Made by a program: the position numbers and the translations under genes. This document shows positions 34,480 to 44,634 of a stretch of 64,000 nt of DNA, in pieces; position 1 is the stretch's first letter, and each line of letters starts with the position of its first letter. The notes under the pieces are model-generated. The model worked only from the letters and a program-made list of their open reading frames with translations. It made no database searches and was not told the origin of the DNA. The DNA comes from Thermoanaerobaculia bacterium (GTDB lineage Bacteria; Acidobacteriota; Thermoanaerobaculia; UBA5066), in assembly GCA_963719225.1 (NCBI GenBank), contig CAVRAY010000001.1, forward strand, positions 3,648,001 to 3,712,000, written 5' to 3'.

Positions 34480-35949
34480 TCAGCGGCGTTCGGATCCAGG
34501 GCCTTGCGCTTCTCCAGGAGGTTTCTGCCCGAGCAGAGGCAGGCGGACGATCGCGGCCGTGCCTCCCTCCGGCGGGCAGCTCAGGAGGATCCCGCCGCCG
34601 TGAGCCTCCGCGACGCGCTTCGCGACCGGGAGGCCCAGTCCGCTTCCCCGGTGCTTCGTCGTGAAGAAGGGATCGAAGACCTTGGCTCGAATTTCTTCGG
34701 GAATGCCCGGTCCCGAGTCGATCAGAGAGACCTCGCAGTGCCCGTCTCGCTCGGCCGTAACCACGCGCAGCGTGCCTTTCCGCCCCGCGGCCTGCGCGCC
34801 GTTCAAGGCGAGATTGAAAAAGACGCTCCTCAGGAGCTCCGTGTCCCCGCGGATCCAGGGATTGTCGCCCGCCATCTCGATTTTCAGCCCCCGGAAGGCG
34901 GGATCGCGGCGAAGTTCGGCGACAGTCTCCCCGAGCAACGGCGCGATCTGGATCGGCGCGAGCTGCGGCGCCCGTGGGCGTGCGAAGACGAGCAGGTCGC
35001 GCACGAGCGCGTTCAGCCCTCCGAGGCGGGCCAGGATCTCCCCGATGATCTGTCGGTCGGCGTGATCCTCCGGCAGGCGGTCCCGGATGATCTGCAGAGC
35101 GCCTCCGATGCCGGCGAGCGGGTTCTTGACCTCGTGAGCGACGATCGCAGCCATCTCGCCGAGCCGGGCGAGGGCCGCCTGCTCCCGAAGGGCCGCCTGA
35201 GCCAGCCGCTGCTCCGACACGTCTCGTTCGATGGCCGAGGCCCCGACGATCTCTCCGAAGTCGTCCTTGACCGGCGACAGCGTGAGGGACACGTCGAACT
35301 CGGTGCCGTCACGCCTCAGGCGGCGCGTTTCGAGATACGCGACGTGCTCCCCGCGGGAGACCCGCTCCAGAAGCTTTTGAAATTCGTCCTTCCGGTCCCC
35401 CGGGAGGATTCGAGCGACGGACTCGCCGAGGATCTCGTCGCTTTTCCAGCCGTAAATCCGCTCCGCGCCCGTGTTCCACGTGGTGATCAGGCCCTCGAGG
35501 GATTTTCCGATGATCGCATCGTTGGAATTCTCGATGATCGCCGCCGCGCGCCGGAGCTCCCCCTCGGCTCGCTTTCGGTCCGTGATGTCGGCGCGAATAG
35601 CCAGGTACTGGTAGGGTTTCCCGTCGTCACCCAGGAAAGGCACGATCGTCGTGTCGACCCAGTAGATGCTCCCGTCCTTGGCCCGATTGCGGATCTCGCC
35701 TCGCCAGACCTGTCCGCTCGCGATCGTGCTCCAGAGGTTCTGGATGAACTCCTTCGGGTGGTAACCCGAATTGATGATCCGGTGGTCCTGCCCGAGGAGC
35801 TCCTCGCGGGAGTATTTCGAGATCTCGCAGAACTTGTCATTGACGTAATTGATGATGCCGCGCTGGTCCGTCCGCGCGACGATCGCCGACTGATCGAGGG
35901 CATAGACGATGTCGTCGAGCTCGCGGCTTCCGGCCCTCTCGTCCGTCAT
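34480..35949 (-). CDS. Cytoplasmic double-PAS histidine kinase
   Basis: Two PAS/PAC domains; VAHEVKNPL; DSGPG; FFTTK; GSGLGL. Confidence 0.92.
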   Translation of the reverse strand: MTDERAGSRELDDIVYALDQSAIVARTDQRGIINYVNDKFCEISKYSREELLGQDHRIINSGYHPKEFIQNLWSTIASGQVWRGEIRNRAKDGSIYWVDTTIVPFLGDDGKPYQYLAIRADITDRKRAEGELRRAAAIIENSNDAIIGKSLEGLITTWNTGAERIYGWKSDEILGESVARILPGDRKDEFQKLLERVSRGEHVAYLETRRLRRDGTEFDVSLTLSPVKDDFGEIVGASAIERDVSEQRLAQAALREQAALARLGEMAAIVAHEVKNPLAGIGGALQIIRDRLPEDHADRQIIGEILARLGGLNALVRDLLVFARPRAPQLAPIQIAPLLGETVAELRRDPAFRGLKIEMAGDNPWIRGDTELLRSVFFNLALNGAQAAGRKGTLRVVTAERDGHCEVSLIDSGPGIPEEIRAKVFDPFFTTKHRGSGLGLPVAKRVAEAHGGGILLSCPPEGGTAAIVRLPLLGQKPPGEAQGPGSERR

Positions 35950-36026
35950 CGCGGGCAGGATATGGCACTTTCGACGCGCGGCGAAGATCGAGGCACGACT
36001 GCGGCCGCTGTCGCCGCGGAGGAGGG

Positions 36027-36392
36027 ATGAGGCCCGTGATTCTGATTGTGGACGACGAAAGTCTCATCCGCTGGTCGCTCCGCGAGAAGCTCGCGGCCGC
36101 GGGCTATGCGGTCCTCGAGGCCGAGACGGGGCTCGACGCGCTCGACGTCGTCTCCAGGGAGGCCGTGAGCCTCGTTCTCCTCGATCTTTCGCTGCCGGGA
36201 TTGAACGGTCTCGGAGTCCTCGAGCGCGTGAAGAAGGACCACCCGGATTGTCCGGTCATCCTCATGACCGCTTTTGATTCGCCCGGCTCGGCCGAGCGCG
36301 CGGCCGCGCTCGGCGCGGCGCACTTCGTGACGAAACCGTTCGACTTCGACCGGATGGTCCGTCTCGTCGGCGAGGAGCTCAAGTCGGCGTAA
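36027..36392 (+). CDS. Single-domain response regulator
   Basis: ILIVDDE, LLDLSLPG, MTA, KPF. Confidence 0.88.
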   Translation: MRPVILIVDDESLIRWSLREKLAAAGYAVLEAETGLDALDVVSREAVSLVLLDLSLPGLNGLGVLERVKKDHPDCPVILMTAFDSPGSAERAAALGAAHFVTKPFDFDRMVRLVGEELKSA

Positions 36393-36424
36393 AGCTGGCT
36401 CGATTCCCCGTCTAGAATGCGCGC

Positions 36425-37780
36425 GTGGCGCCGGTCCGGATCCTCATCGTCGATGACGAAAAGCTGATCCGCTGGTCGCTCCGCCAGCGGCTGGAGGCGG
36501 CCGGCTACGAGGTCCTGGAGGCCGAGGACGGCGCGGAGGGGCTCGAGCGGTGCCGCGAGAACGTCGACCTCGTGATCCTCGACTTCCGCCTCCCCGATAC
36601 GGACGGGATCTCGCTCATCCCGAGGATCAAGCAGCTTGATCCGGACATCGTCGTCATCCTCCTGACGGCCTACGCGAGCGTGCCGAGCGCGATCCAGGCG
36701 ATCAAGCTCGGCGCGTATCACTACGTCAACAAGCCGGTCGAGCTCGAGGAGATGGTGCTTCTCGTCGAGAAGGCGCTCGAAACGACGCGGCTGAAGCGCG
36801 AGGTGCGTGCTTTGCGCGCGCGCGAGTCGGCGCCGTACGCCTTCGACCGGATCGTGGGCGAGTCCGCGCCGATGCAGGGCGTGAAGGCTCTCCTCAGGAA
36901 GATCGCCGCGAGCCCGTCGTCCACCGTCCTCCTCACGGGCGAGAGTGGGACGGGGAAGGACCTGGCCGCGAAGGCGGTCCACTTCGGCAGCGCGCGCGCG
37001 ACCGGCCCCTTCCTGAACATCACGTGTTCGGCCATTCCCGAGACGCTCCTCGAGAGCGAGCTCTTCGGCCACGAGAAAGGCGCCTTCACGGATGCCAAGG
37101 GCCAGAAGAAAGGCCTCCTGGAGCAGGCGGACGGCGGAACCGCTTTCCTCGACGAGATCGGCGAGATCGCGCCGGTTCTGCAGGCAAAGCTCCTTCGTTT
37201 CCTCGAGGAGAAGGCGTTCCGGCGCGTGGGAGGCAGCGACGACCTGCGCGTCGACGTGCGAATCGTCGCCGCCACGAACCGCAACCTCGAGGACGCCGTT
37301 CGCGAGGGACGGTTCCGCGAAGACCTCTACTACCGCCTCCGCGTCCTGCCCGTGGAGCTCCCGCCGCTCAGGGAACGGGACGGCGACGTGCTGCTTCTGG
37401 CGAATCATTTCGTCGACGGCTTCAACCGCGAGTTCAAGAAATCCATCCGGGGGTTCGTGCCAGAGGCTCGCGCCGCGCTCCAGACGTACCCATGGCCCGG
37501 CAACATCCGCGAGCTCCGCAACGTGCTCGAGCGCGCCGTCCTCCTCGCCGAGAAGGATCTTCTCGAGAAGGAGGACGTCCTCGCGGTCACGCCGGCGTCC
37601 CTCTCCGCCGGCTTTCAACTTCCCGTGGGCGGACTCGATCTCGAAAGGCTCGAGCGTGACCTCCTCGTGCAGGCCCTGAAGCGAAGCGGCGGCAACCAGA
37701 CGCACGCGGGAAAGCTGCTCGGCCTCAACCGTGACCAGATCCGCTACCGGATCGAGAAGTTCGGCCTCGAACGAGACTGA
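36425..37780 (+). CDS. Sigma54-dependent response regulator (NtrC/AtoC-like)
   Basis: REC; GESGTGK; GAFTDA; FLDEIGE; WPGNIRELRN; Fis HTH. Confidence 0.95.
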   Translation: MAPVRILIVDDEKLIRWSLRQRLEAAGYEVLEAEDGAEGLERCRENVDLVILDFRLPDTDGISLIPRIKQLDPDIVVILLTAYASVPSAIQAIKLGAYHYVNKPVELEEMVLLVEKALETTRLKREVRALRARESAPYAFDRIVGESAPMQGVKALLRKIAASPSSTVLLTGESGTGKDLAAKAVHFGSARATGPFLNITCSAIPETLLESELFGHEKGAFTDAKGQKKGLLEQADGGTAFLDEIGEIAPVLQAKLLRFLEEKAFRRVGGSDDLRVDVRIVAATNRNLEDAVREGRFREDLYYRLRVLPVELPPLRERDGDVLLLANHFVDGFNREFKKSIRGFVPEARAALQTYPWPGNIRELRNVLERAVLLAEKDLLEKEDVLAVTPASLSAGFQLPVGGLDLERLERDLLVQALKRSGGNQTHAGKLLGLNRDQIRYRIEKFGLERD

Positions 37781-37824
37781 TTCTTATTTGCCGAAAGCGT
37801 CGACGCGCGCGATAAGATCAGCGG

Positions 37825-38976
37825 ATGAATCCCTCCCAGAAGGACTGGACGAACCTCCTCTTTCTCCTGATCTCTCCCGTCGTGGGTATCGCGGGGACGA
37901 TCCTCTACGCGGCCCGCTACGGCGTCCAGTGGTGGGAGCCGGTACTCTGCCTGACGCTCTTTTTCGCAATCGGGCTCTCCATCGGCTCGGGCTATCACCG
38001 GTATTTCTCGCACCGCACGTACGAGTGCCACCCCGCGGTCGAGTCCGTCATGCTCTTTTTCGGGGCGATGGCGCTGCAGAACTCGGCCCTCCAGTGGGCG
38101 CGCGACCACCGCGAGCACCACCGCTTCGTCGACACGGACCGGGACCCGTACAACATCAAGCGCGGCTTCCTCTGGGCGCACATCGCGTGGATCTTCTACA
38201 AGCAGGGGCCGCACCGGAATTTCGACAACGTCCCGGACCTCAAGCGCAACCCGCGCGTCATGTGGCAGCACCGGTTCTCGAAGGTGATCGGCATCGGCGT
38301 CGGCCTCGGGCTTCCGACCGTCGTGGGCGCGTTCTTCGGACGCCCGCTCGGCGGCCTCCTGTGGGGCGGCTTCCTGCGCATCGTCCTCATCCACCACACG
38401 ACGTTCTTCATCAACTCTCTCGCGCACATGTGGGGCGCGCGTCCGTACTCGACGGAGAACACGGCGCGCGACAACTGGTTCCTCGCCTTCTTCACGCACG
38501 GCGAGGGCTTCCACAACTTCCATCACGCGTTTCCGTCCGATTTCCGGAACGGTATCCGCTGGTACCACTGGGATCCGAACAAGTGGCTCATCCAGACCTT
38601 CCGGGCGACGCGGCTCGCGCGCAATCTCCGCGTGACTCCCCCGCCGCTGGTCGAGAACGCGAAGCTGAAGGTAGCGGCGGTCAGCGCCGAAGCGCGGCTG
38701 GCCCGCGTCCCCACCGGGATCGCGGACGACCTCCGCGCCCGCGCGGAGCAGGCGCGCGCTCGCATGGAGGAAACGCTGAATCTCTGGAAAGAGGCCTACG
38801 CCCGGCACGGCGAGCTGAAGGCGGCGAAACGGAAGGGTCAGCGCCTGCCGTCCGAAGCGATGCGGGAGATCCGCCGCCAGATGCGCGAATACAAGAGGCG
38901 CTTCCGCGAGACGCACCTCGAGTGGAAGGCCGCGCTCGACCGGTTCACCGAGCTCCCTGCGGTCCAGGGCCTCTAG
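37825..38976 (+). CDS. Delta-9 acyl-lipid/acyl-CoA fatty acid desaturase with C-terminal coiled coil
   Basis: His boxes HRYFSH, HREHH, HNFHH; FFINSLAH; YHWDPNKW. Confidence 0.92.
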   Translation: MNPSQKDWTNLLFLLISPVVGIAGTILYAARYGVQWWEPVLCLTLFFAIGLSIGSGYHRYFSHRTYECHPAVESVMLFFGAMALQNSALQWARDHREHHRFVDTDRDPYNIKRGFLWAHIAWIFYKQGPHRNFDNVPDLKRNPRVMWQHRFSKVIGIGVGLGLPTVVGAFFGRPLGGLLWGGFLRIVLIHHTTFFINSLAHMWGARPYSTENTARDNWFLAFFTHGEGFHNFHHAFPSDFRNGIRWYHWDPNKWLIQTFRATRLARNLRVTPPPLVENAKLKVAAVSAEARLARVPTGIADDLRARAEQARARMEETLNLWKEAYARHGELKAAKRKGQRLPSEAMREIRRQMREYKRRFRETHLEWKAALDRFTELPAVQGL

Positions 38977-38980
38977 TTCG

Positions 38981-40399
38981 TCAGGCCGCAGGCATCAGGA
39001 ATCCGAGGTCCGCCGGCGCGAAGCGATAGAGCAACGGAAAGATCGTCTGGACGTCCACCGCCGAGACGCCGAACCACCGCGCGAGCGTCGCCCCGTACTG
39101 GTCCACGGAGCACGTCGGGATCCACCGGCCTCGACTGTCCGTGTCGAGCGGGTTGGCGTTGCCGAGCGTGAGGTCCTGAAAGACGCTGCCGTTCGGCCCC
39201 GCGACCCCGTAGAAGTCGCCGCCCTTCACGGAAGCGCCCATAATGAACTGGTGATTGCCCCAGGCGTGGTCCGAGCCGACGGTCGTGCCCGTGCCCGAGG
39301 CTTGTAGCGTCCTCCCAAAATCGGATCCCGTGAAGGTCGTGACGCGCCCCGAGATTCCGAGCTCGACGGTCGCGTTGTAGAAGGCCGTCATCGCGGCCGA
39401 GAGCCGCCCGTAGAGCGTCGTGTGCGCCGCGAGCTGGTCCTGGTGCGTGTCGAACCCGCCCAGCGAGCAGAAGAAGACCTGCCGGTTCAGGCCGAGCTGC
39501 GGGGCCGACTGGTTGAGCTTCATGATCTTCGCCACCTGCTTGAGCTGATTTCCGATGCTCGTATTCGGGAAGACCGTCGTCAGAGTCGGATCGACGGCGA
39601 GCGCGGCCCCGATGTTGAGCGCTTCCTGCGTCACGTCGCTCGTCGCTTTCACGAGAGGCACGCCGGTGTCGAACGTGCGCAGGGTGTTCATCGCGTTCTT
39701 CCGCGCGACGTCCGTCGCGGAAGCCGTGAACCCGTTCAGGACGAGGATCTGGTTCAGCGCGGTGGGAGCGGGAGCGGCGCCGAGCGGCTTCGTGATCTGC
39801 CCCTTGTTGAACTGGTTGTTCCCCGCGAGAGACGTCACGGGCGGGAACGCCGAGCCGCCGTTCAGGGCGAGCTGGTTGTCGGCGGAAAGGCCGCCCCAGC
39901 CGAGCGTCGTCTTCTGGTCGGCGCGCGTCGCCATCCAGAGGGACTGCTGGTCGCTGTGGGAGAAAAGCTGGTACGGGCGGAACGCGGGGTTCGTCTTGTA
40001 CTGGTTCTTCGTCGTGGGCTGCGTGAGGGGGCCCACGTTCGTGACGACCGCGAGCTTGCCCGAATTCCAGAGGCCCTGCAGGCCCGTCATCGCGGGATGA
40101 AGGCCGTACGCGAGGCCGATGCTCGCGGGTGTGATCTGGAGAAGGCTGCCCTGCGCGAGCGCGAGGCTGCCGCCTCGGGAGCCCAGGTATGCGGAGTACC
40201 CGGATCCGTAGGCGGGGACGACCATGTTGTTCGCGTCGTTCCCGCCGAACAGGAAGATGCAGACGAGCGCCCGGTAGTCGTTCGGCGCGGCCTGGGCCTG
40301 GTGCGCGACGAGGCCGAAGCGCTCGAGAGTTTCGGCGAAGGCGGCCATTCCCACGGCGCCGCACGCGGAGATACGGAGGAAGTCCCTGCGAGTTTTCAT
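38981..40399 (-). CDS. DUF1501 domain protein, Tat-exported
   Basis: MKTRRDFL; DYRALVCIFLFGGND; LFSHSDQQ; GGFDTH; SDFGRT; GSDHAWG. Confidence 0.88.
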   Translation of the reverse strand: MKTRRDFLRISACGAVGMAAFAETLERFGLVAHQAQAAPNDYRALVCIFLFGGNDANNMVVPAYGSGYSAYLGSRGGSLALAQGSLLQITPASIGLAYGLHPAMTGLQGLWNSGKLAVVTNVGPLTQPTTKNQYKTNPAFRPYQLFSHSDQQSLWMATRADQKTTLGWGGLSADNQLALNGGSAFPPVTSLAGNNQFNKGQITKPLGAAPAPTALNQILVLNGFTASATDVARKNAMNTLRTFDTGVPLVKATSDVTQEALNIGAALAVDPTLTTVFPNTSIGNQLKQVAKIMKLNQSAPQLGLNRQVFFCSLGGFDTHQDQLAAHTTLYGRLSAAMTAFYNATVELGISGRVTTFTGSDFGRTLQASGTGTTVGSDHAWGNHQFIMGASVKGGDFYGVAGPNGSVFQDLTLGNANPLDTDSRGRWIPTCSVDQYGATLARWFGVSAVDVQTIFPLLYRFAPADLGFLMPAA

Positions 40400-40401
40400 G
40401 T

Positions 40402-42396
40402 TCACCTCTCCACCTGGAATTGGGAGGACGTCGCGACGAGATACGTCGCCTGCTGCGCCATCGAGCGCGGGGTCGCCGGCGAAACCGCGTTCACGGCGGT
40501 GACGATGGCCGCCTTGGCGCTCGCCGAGAGAAGTCCGTGGCAGAGCCGCTGGTTCAACTCTTCGACCATCGCAGCGGGATTGCCAGAGAGCGTCTGGATC
40601 CCGCCGAGGTCCAGCGAAGTGCCGAAGGGATTGTTCGTCCCGACGGGGATCGTCGAGTAGACGAGCGTGTTCACGAGATTCGCGCGGCGGAGGGAGGTCG
40701 ACGCCGAGAGGATCCCGAACTCCGGCCCGAGAAGCGACGTGCCGGGCGTCAGGTAGTCCGCGGGGTAATAGCTGAATACCGTATCGGGCTGGAAAATGTT
40801 CTGCCCGAGGCTCGTGACCTGCGGGTTGAGGATGCCGTCGGACAATGAGGCGCCGTTCGCCGAACGCGCGCCGAGGCTCCTGAGGAGCGAGATCGTGAAC
40901 ATCGCCGGATCTCTGAGGGACCCGAAGCCGGAGCTCGCCGCACCCGCGAGCGCTTCGGGGTCCGTCACGATCTGGGTGACCACTGCCTTGAGGTCGCCCC
41001 GCACGCCGAAGCCGTTGTTGTTGAACTTCGCGGCGACCCGCGCGACGTAGGCGGGAGAGGGATTGGACGTCACGAGGTTCCGGATCAGCGCGCCGCCGAT
41101 GAACGGTCCCACGTTCGGGTGGTTGAAGACGTTGTCGATGGCGTCGTTCAAGTCCTTGTCGGCCGTCTGGGTGGTGACGCACGGCGCCACGGCGCCGCGG
41201 CAGGGAAGGACCGTGCCATTCAGAAGAGTCTTGGCGCCCTTGTCGTGTTTCGTGTCGTCGAGGACCATCGGGGTGATGTAGTCGTCGGTGTTGGGGGCGG
41301 GATCGGGGGCGAATTTCCAGCCCGTGAAGACCCGTGCGAACTCGGTGATCGTCGCCTGGTCGTACGTCGGGATCGGATCCCCGTTGATGTCGAGCTGCGG
41401 CGTCCCGTCGAGGTTGAGCTTCTCGAGGCCGATGGAGAAGAGCTGGAGGACCTCCCGCCCGTAGTTCTCGTTGGGGAGAGACAGCGTGGAGGTGTTCATG
41501 TTGAGGTAAGAGCCCATCGCCGGGTTCAGCGTCATCTGATAGAGGATGGTCCGGTAGTTCCCGAAGGCGTTGTTCACGAGGATGTTCAGGTACGGAACCA
41601 TCCGGCTGGGCTGGCCGATGTCCTGCCCGTTGATCGGAATGATCTTGTGCAGCGCCCACGCGACGCGCTGCCGCAGCTGGTCCGAAAGATAGATCGAGTT
41701 GTAGAAGAACTGCTTCTGAAGCAGGTACATCGTGTAGTTGTCGCGAGGGCACGTGCCGGTGCAAGCGGAGCCCTGCTGGTTCGGGAAGAGCGCCATGGAC
41801 GCGTATACCGATGGCGGCGCCGCGAACTGCTCGGTGAGGAAACCACCCATTCCGACATCGCGAATGTGACTAACGAGCCCCGGACTCGACCCGAACGTCG
41901 CAGTGTTCGCAAAGGCGGCGAGGGTCGTGGCGGGAGTCGTGGGCGGATCCTCGAAATACCCCGACACGTCGATGAGGAAGTGAGTCGTGCCGAGCGTCTG
42001 CTGGCAGATGACGACGATGTCTCCGTTCGTGCCGAGCCGGGCGATGAAGTTGTTCGCCCGCGTCTTGCCTGCCTTGTAGCTGATCGCCGTCGATGTCCCG
42101 GTCGGAGCGCCTCCGGGGAAGATCGCGAGAGAACCGCCCGCGCCGGGCGTCACGACCGCGATGTTCATGTTCACGGCGCGCGCCGTCGCCGGGATGCCGC
42201 ACGTCCCCACGAGCGTGAACGCGCGTGACGCCCCGAACGAGAGCGCGGGCCCGCCGTAGGCTCCGTTCGGGTTGCGCGTGTCGGCGACGCGGCAGGGCGT
42301 GATCGGGAAGAACTTTGTCTGAGGGAGGCTCTGAGCGGCGAGGGGGGTCGAGAAGAGGAGCGCGAGAAGTAATGAGCGATTCGAGCAATGCTTCAT
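40402..42396 (-). CDS. DUF1800 family protein with N-terminal PCRVADTR beta-domain
   Basis: Signal peptide; DQLRQRVAWAL; NPAMGSYL; PNENYGREVLQLFSIG; HPNVGPFI; LVTSNPSPAYVARVA. Confidence 0.88.
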   Translation of the reverse strand: MKHCSNRSLLLALLFSTPLAAQSLPQTKFFPITPCRVADTRNPNGAYGGPALSFGASRAFTLVGTCGIPATARAVNMNIAVVTPGAGGSLAIFPGGAPTGTSTAISYKAGKTRANNFIARLGTNGDIVVICQQTLGTTHFLIDVSGYFEDPPTTPATTLAAFANTATFGSSPGLVSHIRDVGMGGFLTEQFAAPPSVYASMALFPNQQGSACTGTCPRDNYTMYLLQKQFFYNSIYLSDQLRQRVAWALHKIIPINGQDIGQPSRMVPYLNILVNNAFGNYRTILYQMTLNPAMGSYLNMNTSTLSLPNENYGREVLQLFSIGLEKLNLDGTPQLDINGDPIPTYDQATITEFARVFTGWKFAPDPAPNTDDYITPMVLDDTKHDKGAKTLLNGTVLPCRGAVAPCVTTQTADKDLNDAIDNVFNHPNVGPFIGGALIRNLVTSNPSPAYVARVAAKFNNNGFGVRGDLKAVVTQIVTDPEALAGAASSGFGSLRDPAMFTISLLRSLGARSANGASLSDGILNPQVTSLGQNIFQPDTVFSYYPADYLTPGTSLLGPEFGILSASTSLRRANLVNTLVYSTIPVGTNNPFGTSLDLGGIQTLSGNPAAMVEELNQRLCHGLLSASAKAAIVTAVNAVSPATPRSMAQQATYLVATSSQFQVER

Positions 42397-42647
42397 CCTG
42401 TACTCCCGCGGGCGTCCCGCACGTCGATGGTTTGTCGTTCACATTCGGCCGACAGGCCGGGAGAAAAAGTGGGCTGGATCTCTTGACGAGTAGTGACTCA
42501 AGCTACCCCGGTCTTGCGTTCAAATGCAAGGTTTTTTGAGGCTCCGCGTAAGGTATTGAGAATAAGTCTCTTGCGCGATCCACCCCGAGGGCGGGTTCAG
42601 GTTCGTCGTCCAGTTTCTAGCGCCCGCACGTGAACAGCTAGAATGGA

Positions 42648-44003
42648 ATGGCCTTGCCACCTCTCGGCCTTCGCACGCTTCGTATCGCGGTCGTCGACGA
42701 CGACGAAGGCGTGCGCGACCTGATTCGCACGGCGCTCGACCGCGTCGGCGCGACCGTCGACCTCTTCCCCGGCTCGCAGGTCTTTCTGGACCGCGCCATC
42801 TTCACGGACTACGACGTGATCTTCTGCGACCTGATGCTCCCGGGAATGTCGGGCATCGATCTCCTCTTCGAGGTGCGCGGCAAAGCGCCGGCCGTCCCGT
42901 TCGTCATCATCTCGGGCCAGGCCGCGGTCTCGGATGCCATCGAGGCGATGAAGGCCGGCGCGACGGACTTCATCGTGAAGCCCTTCCGCATCCAGAGCCT
43001 CCTCGACGTCGTGAAGCGCCTCACGCAGGACATCGCGCCGCGCACGGCCTCCGGCATCTGGCGGCGCGAGAAGGAGCAGAACTTCGCAGTCGGACACGCT
43101 CCCTCCTGGAAGCTCCTGCTCGAAAAGGCGCGCCGCGTCGCCGAGCTCTCCTCGACGGTTCTCATTCGCGGCGAGACGGGCACGGGCAAGGAGGTCGTCG
43201 CGAAGTACATCGCGTCGTTCGGCCCGCGCGCGGGCAAGCCGTTCGTCACGCTGAACTGCGCAGCGATTCCCGACGACCTCATCGAGAGCGAGCTCTTCGG
43301 ACACGTGCGCGGCGCCTTCAGCGGGGCCACGAACGCGCGGCGCGGCCTGTTCGAGGAAGCCGAGGGCGGAACGCTCCTCCTCGACGAGATCGGCTCCATG
43401 CCGATGGCGGCCCAGGCGAAGGTCCTGCGCGCGCTCGAGGAGTTTCAGATCCGCCGCGTCGGGGACAACCGCAACGTCGCGGTCGACGTCCGCATCCTGG
43501 CTTCCACGAATCTCGACATGGAAGCGGCCATCCAACGGCACATCTTTCGCGACGACCTCTACTACCGCCTCGCGGTCGTCACGCTCTGGGTGCCCCCGCT
43601 GAGGGAACGCGGCGAGGACAAGCTCGCGCTCGCCGACCACTTCCTCCGGATGTTCTCGAAACCCTCCCAGTACCCTCGGCGGCTCTCGGCCGAGGCGAAA
43701 GACCTCATCCTCCACGACCCGTTCCCCGGGAACGCGCGTGAGCTGAAGCATTCCATCGAGCAGGCCTGCGCACTGTCGGCCCACGAGGAGCTCGTGGCGG
43801 ACGATTTCCCGCTGCTCATGGCGCGTGCCGACGCCATCAGCCCGGACGATCTCGAGGCCGTGACCGAAGGCCCGCGCACCGTGACGCTCGAGCGCCTCCA
43901 GGAAGCTCTCGAGAAGACCGGCGGTAACCGCGTGGAGGCGGCGCGCCAGCTCCACATCAGCCGCTCGACGCTCTATCGAATGCTCAGGAAGCAGGCTGGA
44001 TAG
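42648..44003 (+). CDS. Sigma54-dependent response regulator (GAFSGA variant)
   Basis: REC; GETGTGKE; ESELFGH..GAFSGA; LLLDEIG; FPGNARELKH; HTH. Confidence 0.93.
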   Translation: MALPPLGLRTLRIAVVDDDEGVRDLIRTALDRVGATVDLFPGSQVFLDRAIFTDYDVIFCDLMLPGMSGIDLLFEVRGKAPAVPFVIISGQAAVSDAIEAMKAGATDFIVKPFRIQSLLDVVKRLTQDIAPRTASGIWRREKEQNFAVGHAPSWKLLLEKARRVAELSSTVLIRGETGTGKEVVAKYIASFGPRAGKPFVTLNCAAIPDDLIESELFGHVRGAFSGATNARRGLFEEAEGGTLLLDEIGSMPMAAQAKVLRALEEFQIRRVGDNRNVAVDVRILASTNLDMEAAIQRHIFRDDLYYRLAVVTLWVPPLRERGEDKLALADHFLRMFSKPSQYPRRLSAEAKDLILHDPFPGNARELKHSIEQACALSAHEELVADDFPLLMARADAISPDDLEAVTEGPRTVTLERLQEALEKTGGNRVEAARQLHISRSTLYRMLRKQAG

Positions 44004-44012
44004 CGTTCCTCG

Positions 44013-44477
44013 TCAGCGCGGACTCGCGCTCAGAGCGACGGGCCACGGGTAAACCCCGGGCCGCGCGTCGCCGGAGAGGAAGAAGCGATAGCCGAGCGAG
44101 GCGGTCACGAGCGTCTTGCCCGCGTACGGCTGCGCGAGCCAGCCGCCGGCGGCGCTCACCTGCGCGGTCGAGCCCAGGCCCGTCACCTCGAGCGCGCGAT
44201 AAGGGCCCTGCAGGGGCTGAAACTCGAGGAGCCAGCCGGCAGGCGAATTTGCCCGGACCCGAACGAGCGAGGCTCCGGGCGCCTCGACCCAGCCGCGCGC
44301 CACGTCCTGCTCGGTGATCTCGAGGCCCGCCGGCTGGGACTCGACAGAAAGGACCGCCCGCGCAGGCACGACGACCGAGACGGAGAGCGACGCGGAAATG
44401 GTGCCCGCGTGGGCGGGGAGCGCGGCCGCGAGGAAGGCGGCGAGAAGGAGGACCGAAGTTCTTTTTCCGTTTTGCAT
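44013..44477 (-). CDS. Secreted pilus-associated hypothetical protein
   Basis: Signal peptide; alternating N-terminal strand (SASLSVSVVV); ends PGVYPWPVALSA; last gene of the pilus cluster. Confidence 0.65.
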   Translation of the reverse strand: MQNGKRTSVLLLAAFLAAALPAHAGTISASLSVSVVVPARAVLSVESQPAGLEITEQDVARGWVEAPGASLVRVRANSPAGWLLEFQPLQGPYRALEVTGLGSTAQVSAAGGWLAQPYAGKTLVTASLGYRFFLSGDARPGVYPWPVALSASPR

Positions 44478-44502
44478 GACTCACGTCCCTCGACGGAGTC
44501 AT

Positions 44503-44518
44503 TGCGGGAGTCATGCCG
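44503..44518 (-). promoter_or_regulatory. Possible internal sigma54 promoter
   Basis: Minus strand CGGCATGACTCCCGCA (GG-N10-GC) before the RBS; IHF-like TCAATGACTTA nearby. Confidence 0.35.
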
Positions 44519-44634
44519 GCGCAAATTCTCCCGACACCCTTGTGGCTCAATGACTTAGAGGGCGGGCTCGCGGGAGCGCGGCACAGGTGAAACGTGCCGG
44601 ACACGTGCCTGGAACAGCCGGGCTTGCGGCCTAG

